A DNA stretch of 64,000 nt. It comes from Terriglobia bacterium (GTDB lineage Bacteria > Acidobacteriota > Polarisedimenticolia > Polarisedimenticolales > JAIQFR01). Positions within the stretch are counted from its first letter, which is position 1. Each line of letters starts with the position of its first letter. Location of the stretch: assembly GCA_963748015.1 (NCBI GenBank), contig CAVVHE010000009.1:448001-512000 (forward strand). The letters run 5' to 3'. Positions 57,487 through 64,000 of the stretch are shown piece after piece. The notes below the pieces were generated by a model, which saw nothing but the letters and a program-made list of their open reading frames with translations, made no database searches and was not told where the DNA came from. The translations under genes were made by a program, and so were the position numbers.

Positions 57487-57525
57487 TTGACTGCCCCTTG
57501 ATATCGGACTATAATAGTCCTTTAT
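57487..57525 (+). promoter_or_regulatory. Near-consensus sigma70 promoter with GGAC-N7-GTCC operator
   Basis: TTGACT (57487)-N17-TATAAT (57510) inside the palindrome GGACTAT-A-ATAGTCC. Confidence 0.8.
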
Positions 57526-57621
57526 AGATCGGCGGTTCCTACGGGGGCGCTCTTCGGTTCACGAGTCCCCGGAGGCCTTCGAAACAAGACGGCGCCATGC
57601 CGGGTTGGCGAGGAGGATAGC

Positions 57622-58572
57622 GTGGAGAACAAGAAGATCATCGCCGTCGTCGGCGCGACCGGCTCGCAGGGGAGCGGATTGGTCCGCGCGATCGCGAGCG
57701 ACCCCAATTGCGGTTTCACCGCGCGAGCGCTCACGAGGGACGTCAACTCGGCAAAGGCCAAGGAGCTGGCGGCGCTCGGCGCCGAGGTCGTCGCGGCCGA
57801 CGTGAACGATCCGGCGAGTCTCGAGAGGGTGTTTCGCGGCGCGCACGGGGCGTACTGCGTCACCTTCTTCTGGGAGCACTTCTCGCCCGAGACCGAGCTG
57901 GCGCAGGCCCGCGCGATGGCCGAGGCCGCGAAGCAGGCCGGGGTCCGGCACGTGATCTGGTCCACCCTCGAGGACACCCGCAAGTGGGTGCCGCTGACCG
58001 ACGACCGAATGCCCACCCTTCAGGGCAAGTACAAGGTCCCGCACTTCGACGCCAAGGGGGAGGCCGACGGGATCTTCCGCGAGCTCGGCGTGCCGACGAC
58101 CTTCCTGGCGACGTCGTTCTACTGGGACAACCTGATCCACTTCGGCATGGGCCCCAAGAAGGGGCCTGACGGGACGCTCGCGTTCACGCTGCCGATGGGC
58201 GACAAGAAGCTCCCCGGCATCGCCGCCGAGGACATCGGCAAGTGCGCTCTCGGCGTCTTCAAGAAGGGCGCGGAGCTCGCGGGCAAGACCGTGGGAATCG
58301 CCGGCGAGAACCTGACCGGCGCGCAGATGGCGGCCGCGCTCACCCGCGCCCTCGGCAAGGAGGTGCGGTACCGCGTCGTGACGCCCGAGGCGTACCGCGG
58401 CTTCGGCTTCCCCGGCGCCGACGACCTCGGCAACATGTTCCAGTTCAAGCGGGACTTCGAGGCGGACTTCTGCGGCGCGCGCAACCCCGAGGTGGCCCGC
58501 TCGCTGAACCCCGCGCTCCAGAGCTTCGACACCTGGCTCGCCCGCAACAAGACCCGCATTCCCATCGAGTAA
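57622..58572 (+). CDS. NmrA/HSCARG-family NAD(P)-binding protein
   Basis: VVGATGSQG, VPHFDAK. Confidence 0.92.
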   Translation: MENKKIIAVVGATGSQGSGLVRAIASDPNCGFTARALTRDVNSAKAKELAALGAEVVAADVNDPASLERVFRGAHGAYCVTFFWEHFSPETELAQARAMAEAAKQAGVRHVIWSTLEDTRKWVPLTDDRMPTLQGKYKVPHFDAKGEADGIFRELGVPTTFLATSFYWDNLIHFGMGPKKGPDGTLAFTLPMGDKKLPGIAAEDIGKCALGVFKKGAELAGKTVGIAGENLTGAQMAAALTRALGKEVRYRVVTPEAYRGFGFPGADDLGNMFQFKRDFEADFCGARNPEVARSLNPALQSFDTWLARNKTRIPIE

Positions 58573-58592
58573 CGCATCGAGGAGGTGGTCCC

Positions 58593-59594
58593 ATGCGCGC
58601 AGCGGTGATGACACGGTACAAGCAGCCCTGGGAGCTCGAGACGCTCCCCGACCCTCGCCCCGGCGACGGCCAGGTCCTGATCAAGGTCGAGGCGAGCGGG
58701 ATGTGCTACACGGACATCCATTGCCACCACGGCCACCTGCCGGTCGAGCTGCCGAAGGTACTCGGCCACGAGCCGGTCGGCAAGATCGTCGAGCTGGGGC
58801 CGGGCGTGACGGGGTTGAGCGTCGGCGACAGGGTCGGCGTGTCGTGGATGCAGAAGGGATGCGGTCGCTGCAAGTTCTGCCTGGAGCGGCGGGAGAAGTA
58901 CTGCGAGGGGCAGGTGACCTGGATGCAGCTCGGCGGGGGCAACTCGGAGCTGATGGTCGCCCACGCTTCGGGGTGCACGCTCGTCCCCGAGGGACTCTCT
59001 CCCGAGGAGGCCGCCCCGATCTTCTGCGCCGGCTTCACCGTCTTCAGCGGCCTGCGCAACGCGGCGCCGCGTCCCGGCGAGAGGGTGGCGGTGCTGGGCC
59101 TCGGCGGCCTCGGCCACCTCGCGCTCCAGTACGCGAAGGCCCTCGGCCTGGAGACCTTCGCGGTCACCAGCACGGAGGGGAAGCGGAGGGACCTCATGGC
59201 GCTCGGCGCCGACGAGGTCGTGGTGGCCGGCCAGGACGCGGGAAAAGCGCTGGCGGACGCGGGTGGCGCCGACGTGGTTCTCGCGACCTCCAACGCCGCC
59301 GCGCCGACCGCGCAGATCGTGAAGGGCCTGCGGCCGGAAGGCAGGCTCGTCCTGATGGGGCTCGTGGACGGCCCGCTCCAGCTCTCCGTGCTGGACGTGA
59401 TGCTCAGCCAGTGCCGGGTGATCGGCAGCACGCAGAACGATCGCCGGGACCTCGTCGAGGCCCTCGACCTCGTCGCGTCGGGCAAGGTCAAGCCGATCCT
59501 CGAGGAGTACCCGCTCGATCGCGTGAACGACGTCCGCCAGCGCCTCGAGGCGGGAAAAGTCCGCTTCCGCGCGGTCCTGAGACACGCCCCGTAG
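58593..59594 (+). CDS. Zn-dependent alcohol dehydrogenase
   Basis: GMCYTD, GHE, C..C..C.......C, GLGGLG. Confidence 0.93.
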   Translation: MRAAVMTRYKQPWELETLPDPRPGDGQVLIKVEASGMCYTDIHCHHGHLPVELPKVLGHEPVGKIVELGPGVTGLSVGDRVGVSWMQKGCGRCKFCLERREKYCEGQVTWMQLGGGNSELMVAHASGCTLVPEGLSPEEAAPIFCAGFTVFSGLRNAAPRPGERVAVLGLGGLGHLALQYAKALGLETFAVTSTEGKRRDLMALGADEVVVAGQDAGKALADAGGADVVLATSNAAAPTAQIVKGLRPEGRLVLMGLVDGPLQLSVLDVMLSQCRVIGSTQNDRRDLVEALDLVASGKVKPILEEYPLDRVNDVRQRLEAGKVRFRAVLRHAP

Positions 59595-59709
59595 TCGCGC
59601 GCGCCCCCCTCGGGGGGGAGAGATTGCCCGCGTCCGGCCGGGAACCTACATTCCAACGTGGGGCGGGCCGCTCCAGGGAGGGGCCTGCCGCGCTTCAAAG
59701 GAGGTTCCG

Positions 59710-60378
59710 ATGCTGGGCCTGGGCGTGCTCCTCCTCGTGCTCTCGGCCATCGTCTCGCTGGTCGGCTCCGTCATGTTCGCGGTGGCGGCGTTCCGCGTCA
59801 GCGTCGTGTGGGGCCTGCTCGTGCTCTTCGTCCCCTTCGCGGGGCTGTTCTTCCTCGTCAAGTACTGGGCGCAGGCCAAGCGGGGATTCCTGGTCGGCCT
59901 GGCGGGGTCGGCCGTCGCGCTGGTCGGTTTCCTCGCGTTCAGCGCCGGCGTCGCCGCCCGAGCCCAGGGCCAGCTCGGGGCGGTCGCTTCCCAGATGAAG
60001 TCCGAGCTCGAGCGCCAGCAGAAGGTGGCGTTGCCGGCGCCCTCCGGGGAGGAGCCCCCGGCCGCGCCCGCCGAGGCCGCACCCGCGCCCTCGAGCCCGT
60101 CGTCCGGCGGGAGCCTACCGGCATTGCAGGCCCGCACCCCGCGCGCGCTCCCGGACCTCCCGCTCGACGCCGGCGATCCCAGGGAGATCCGCCCCAAGGA
60201 CTTCGCCCGCCACGTCGGCGAGGACCTGCTGTTCGTGGACAGGGACGGCGACTCGGTCTGGGGCAGGCTGGTCTCGGTCGGCCCGCGCGCCCTCAAGATC
60301 GAGCGGCGCCTCCACGGCGGCTCGGTCCAGTACGACCTCCCCCTCGCCGACGTCCGCACCGTGCGCACCGACAGCTAA
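59710..60378 (+). CDS. Hypothetical membrane protein
   Basis: Three N-terminal TM helices, Pro-rich linker, small C-terminal beta domain. Confidence 0.75.
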   Translation: MLGLGVLLLVLSAIVSLVGSVMFAVAAFRVSVVWGLLVLFVPFAGLFFLVKYWAQAKRGFLVGLAGSAVALVGFLAFSAGVAARAQGQLGAVASQMKSELERQQKVALPAPSGEEPPAAPAEAAPAPSSPSSGGSLPALQARTPRALPDLPLDAGDPREIRPKDFARHVGEDLLFVDRDGDSVWGRLVSVGPRALKIERRLHGGSVQYDLPLADVRTVRTDS

Positions 60379-60572
60379 GGACATTTCTTCCAGCGAATAC
60401 GGCGAGGCCGGGCTGGCGCCCGGCCTTCACCGTTGTTCTAGGGGACCGTGAGGGGGGAGGGCTCAGTGCTCCTCGGCTCTCGAGCCCCGGAACGTCGTCC
60501 GGAGCACGGGGTGGCCGCCGAGCACGTGGGTCAGGGGCATGTTCGCGTTCCTCCCGGGGAGGCCCAGGAGTA

Positions 60573-61652
60573 TTAGTACGCACGGCGACCGGCGAGGTTG
60601 CGACGGTCTTTTCGCTCGAGGTCGAGTAGCCACCGCTTTCGCCAGAGGCCGCCGCCGTAGCCCGTGAGCTTGCCGTCGGACCCGACGACCCGGTGGCAGG
60701 GGATCACGATCGCGATGCGGTTGTCGCCGTTGGCCCGGGCGACCGCGCGGACCGCCCCCGGCCTCCCGATCAGGCGGGCCTGCTCTCCGTACGAGCGCGT
60801 CTCGCCGTAAGGGATCGTCCTCAGCATCGTCCACACCTCGCGCTGGAACTCCGTGCCCGCGACGTCGAGCGGGACGGTGAAGTCCAGGAGCGCGCCCCGA
60901 AAGTAGCGGTCGAGCTCGTCCGAGAGCGGCCCGAAGAAGGGGCTGGTTCCCGGCAGGAGCGCTGCCGCGTGCCGCTTCCGGACTCGATCGAGCTGCGTCG
61001 GCAGCATCGGGCGGTCCACGAACTCGAGCAGGCAGACTCCCTTGCCGGTGGCCCCAGCGAGCATCGGGCCGAGCGGTGTCGGGATCCGGGTCACCGTGAC
61101 CAGAGCGCCGTCGCGGGCGCGGGATGGGGCCATGCCGGCGAGCTTCTTGAACGCCTCGTTGAACGCGCTCGCGGACTCCCAGCCCGCGTCGAGGGCCGCG
61201 TCGATCGTCCTGTCGCCGTGCGCGATCCGGCCGAACGCCGCGCCGATGCGGATCGCCCTCAGGTAGGCCTGGAACGTGAGTCCGTGCTCCTTCTTGAACC
61301 AGCGCCTCAGGGCCACGGGATCCACCCCCCGGTCGCGCAGCTCCGAGTCGCGGAGGCGAAGAGACGGGTCGCGCTCGATCTCCTCGAGGAGAGCCTTGAC
61401 CGCCGCGGGCGGAACGCCGCGGGCCTCGAGCGGGCGGCAGACGCGGCACGGGCGGTAGCCCGAGAGGAGAGCCTGCTTCGCGTCGGCGAAGAAGGTCACG
61501 TTCTCCCGCCTCGGCTTCCTGGCCGTGCAAACGGAGCGGCAGAAGATGCCGGTCGTGCGAACCCCCGTGAAGAAGACGCCGTCGTACTCGGGGTCTTTCT
61601 CCAGCAGGGCGCGGTACATCGTCTCGTCGTCGGGCAGAGCGTGCGTGTTCAT
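60573..61652 (-). CDS. ada: Ada-like transcriptional activator / O6-methylguanine-DNA methyltransferase
   Basis: TTGIFCR..C, RPCRVC Zn site, AraC HTH, IPCHRV. Confidence 0.92.
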   Translation of the reverse strand: MNTHALPDDETMYRALLEKDPEYDGVFFTGVRTTGIFCRSVCTARKPRRENVTFFADAKQALLSGYRPCRVCRPLEARGVPPAAVKALLEEIERDPSLRLRDSELRDRGVDPVALRRWFKKEHGLTFQAYLRAIRIGAAFGRIAHGDRTIDAALDAGWESASAFNEAFKKLAGMAPSRARDGALVTVTRIPTPLGPMLAGATGKGVCLLEFVDRPMLPTQLDRVRKRHAAALLPGTSPFFGPLSDELDRYFRGALLDFTVPLDVAGTEFQREVWTMLRTIPYGETRSYGEQARLIGRPGAVRAVARANGDNRIAIVIPCHRVVGSDGKLTGYGGGLWRKRWLLDLERKDRRNLAGRRAY

Positions 61653-61730
61653 GAACGGAGTAGATACCGATCCCGCGCGCCGCGGCAACCGGGATTTGGA
61701 CGGGCAATTCCCGCCGGGGAACCGACCGGA

Positions 61731-63428
61731 TCAGGGCTCGCGAAGCGCCCGCTTCCGCGCCGCCTCGAACTCGTCCCCCGGGTACCAGGCGGGGCGCTCT
61801 TTCCCGTCCGCGACGGCGAGCCCCACGAGGAATCCGAGGCGCGCGTCCTCGGCCAGCCCCTCGATGTCCCAGTCGGCCGCGACCTGATCGCTCGGCCGGT
61901 GGTAGCGCGTCGAGATCCAGGCGTTCCAGGCCGCGTCGCCCCAGCCGGCCGGCTTGTCCCGCACATCCGTGCCGGAGCGGAACCAGAGCGCCGGGATGCC
62001 TCCCTTCGCGAAGCTGAACTGGTCGGAGCGGTAGTACCAGCCGGCCCGCGCGTCGCGCTCCTCGGTGATGACCCGATCCTGCGCGCGAGCGATCCCGGCG
62101 AGGAGATCCTCCAGGCTCGACTTTCCCTTCCCGTAGACCACGACGTCGCGCGTCCGCCCCCAGACGTTTCCCAGCTCGAAGTTGACGTTCGCGGCGATCC
62201 GGTCCGGGGAAAGGGCGCCGCTGCGGACGAAATACCACGATCCGAGGGTGCCCTGCTCCTCGGCCGCGGGGAACAGGAACATCAGGCTGCGCGCGGGACG
62301 GGCGGGCAGCGCCGCGAATCGCCTCGCGATCGCGAGCACCTGCGCCATCGCGACGCCGTTGTCCAGGGCGCCGTTGTAGATCCTGTCGCCGCCCGCGTCG
62401 GGCTGGCCGACCCCGAGGTGGTCGTGGTGGGCGGTGAGCACCACGAACTCGCCGGCGCGCGCGGGATCGCCGCCCCGCAGGATCCCCGCCACGTTGGCGG
62501 TCCGCGTCCTCCGTACGCCGTTCTCGAGCGCGATCGACGTGCGGATTCCGAGGGGGACGGGGCGGAAGTCCCGGGACCGGGCCTGCGCGATCAGCGCGGC
62601 GAGCTCGTGCCCGCCGAGCGCGGCGAGCCGCTTCGCCGCGTCCTCGGTCAGCCACGTCTCGAGCGGGGTGCGGGGCTCCGTCCCCGACGGGAGCTGGAAC
62701 TGCTCGCCGCTCCACGAGTTCAAGACGACTTCCCAGGGATACCCGGCCGACGGTGTCGTGTGGACGATGATCGCTCCCGCCGCCCCCTCGCGCGCCGCGC
62801 TCTCGTACTTGTAGGTCCAGCGGCCGTAGTAGAGCTTCCGCGGCCCGGCGAAGAGCTTGGGGTCCCAGTCGGGATCGTCGTTGAGCATCAGGAGGACCTT
62901 GCCCCGCAGGTCGGCCCCCTTGAAGTCGTCCCAGCGCTGCTCCGGCGCCCGGATGCCGTACCCGACGAACACGACCTCGGCATCCTCGATCGCGACGCGG
63001 GGCTCGGCGACGCCGGCGCCGCCCATGTAGTCCGCTCGAAGGCGGAAGGACGCCTCCGTCCCCCCGGCCGAGCGAAACGCCCAGCGCTCCGGGAGCTTCG
63101 CGGTCACCCCCACGATCTCGACCGGCTGCTCCCACGCTCCGCCTTCGAACCCGGGCTCGCACCCGATCTCCCGGAGGCGCCGCGCGAGGTATTCCCTCGC
63201 GAGCTGGTCGCCGCGGCTCCCGGGCGCGCGCCCCTCGAACGCATCGGCCGAGAGCGCCTTCGTGTCCTCGAGCAGCTCGGACGTCCCCAGAGCTGCCGCG
63301 GCCTGGATTGCGCCGTCCGGCAGGCCCGGCGGCAGGGTTGACGGCACCGTCGTGCCAGGAGTCCCGGCGCAAGCCGCCATCAGTACCAGGACGGTGGCCA
63401 CGAGCCCCAACCGCCAATTCACCATCAT
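61731..63428 (-). CDS. M28-family peptidase lipoprotein with PA domain
   Basis: Lipobox MAAC, AHHDHLG, NGALDN, AEEQG, RSDQFSF, YH.PSD. Confidence 0.92.
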   Translation of the reverse strand: MMVNWRLGLVATVLVLMAACAGTPGTTVPSTLPPGLPDGAIQAAAALGTSELLEDTKALSADAFEGRAPGSRGDQLAREYLARRLREIGCEPGFEGGAWEQPVEIVGVTAKLPERWAFRSAGGTEASFRLRADYMGGAGVAEPRVAIEDAEVVFVGYGIRAPEQRWDDFKGADLRGKVLLMLNDDPDWDPKLFAGPRKLYYGRWTYKYESAAREGAAGAIIVHTTPSAGYPWEVVLNSWSGEQFQLPSGTEPRTPLETWLTEDAAKRLAALGGHELAALIAQARSRDFRPVPLGIRTSIALENGVRRTRTANVAGILRGGDPARAGEFVVLTAHHDHLGVGQPDAGGDRIYNGALDNGVAMAQVLAIARRFAALPARPARSLMFLFPAAEEQGTLGSWYFVRSGALSPDRIAANVNFELGNVWGRTRDVVVYGKGKSSLEDLLAGIARAQDRVITEERDARAGWYYRSDQFSFAKGGIPALWFRSGTDVRDKPAGWGDAAWNAWISTRYHRPSDQVAADWDIEGLAEDARLGFLVGLAVADGKERPAWYPGDEFEAARKRALREP

Positions 63429-63471
63429 GTCTCCTCCCGCAGGATCTGCGCGTGTACGGCGACTCAGTTGG

Positions 63472-63660
63472 CCGTCGTGGGTCGGGAGGACATACCCTTC
63501 CGCCGCCGACCTCCGTCGCGACCCACATCGGCCGCGCTAGGACCTCGCAAGCGCGATGGGGGCCCCCATCCCCATCGCGCTCGGCCCGTCGCGCGGCCGT
63601 GTGGGGCCCCGCTCCTCCGGCCACTGCGGCGGAAGGGTATGTCCTCCCGACCCGCGACGG
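63472..63660. repeat. 189-bp element with 35-bp terminal inverted repeats and nested internal stems
   Basis: 63472-63506 versus 63626-63660: 34/35 complementary. Confidence 0.8.
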
Positions 63661-63690
63661 GCTGCATTCTCTAAGGACTACCGCGTCCGA

Positions 63691-64000
63691 TCACGGCACG
63701 AGGAGCACCTTGCCGAAGTTCTTGCGGTCGTGGATGTGCTCGTGCGCCCGCGCCGCCTCCGCGAACGGGAAGGTCGCGCCGATGACCGGCGCGACCTGGC
63801 CCGAGGCGGCAAGGTCGAGGATCTCCTTCATGCCCACGGCCAGCTCGTCGGCGCGGCTCCAGAGGTGGCCCACGTTCACCCCGAACACGCCGCGATTCTG
63901 GCCCATCATCCGGAGCGGGTTGAAGCGCGGGGTCCGGAGCAGCCCGGCGAGGACGGAGATCATGCGGCGGCGCCTTCCCCGGGCGAAGCTCGACGCGCCG
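63691..64000 (-). CDS. MDR-family (VAT-1/quinone oxidoreductase-like) protein, 3' part only
   Basis: NRGVFGVN.G.L, FPFAEAARAH...RKNFGKVLL. Confidence 0.85.
   Translation of the reverse strand, partial: GASSFARGRRRRMISVLAGLLRTPRFNPLRMMGQNRGVFGVNVGHLWSRADELAVGMKEILDLAASGQVAPVIGATFPFAEAARAHEHIHDRKNFGKVLLVP

Noticed and set aside
63674..63687. GGAC-TACCGC-GTCC as a fourth operator
   Set aside because: Spacer is 6 nt rather than 7 and there is no matching promoter

Overview
High-GC bacterial chromosomal window, probably Acidobacteriota-like judging by the tandem Ser/Thr kinase-beta-propeller genes (inference). There are no rRNA, tRNA or CRISPR features. The left end carries two co-oriented genes whose apparent UGA stops sit at catalytic-Cys positions and are followed by SECIS-like hairpins: a UxxC thioredoxin-TPR lipoprotein and a rhodanese-membrane fusion, both probable selenoproteins. 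They are divergent from a tetraheme cytochrome c / 4Fe-4S / NrfD operon. An accessory defence-like region (about 11.6-25.8 kb) holds an ARPP-1 gene with a divergent XRE repressor, mazEF, a hicA remnant with hicB, a frameshift-fused vapBC, an OGG2-like glycosylase, an unusual deoxyribosyltransferase-fold/ATP-cone/toxin-like fusion, a HIT+HNH pair, a SAM-I/IV riboswitch in front of unknown genes, and a PARG-like macrodomain. A 3-kb islet (GHKL ATPase + NYN RNase with a structured leader RNA) sits between two copies of a lytTR 3' end. A GGAC-N7-GTCC operator occurs at three distant sigma70 promoters, and several palindromic repeat families are present. The remainder is peptidases, an ECF/Spy locus, an S1 paralog, RND efflux, dehydrogenases and ada.
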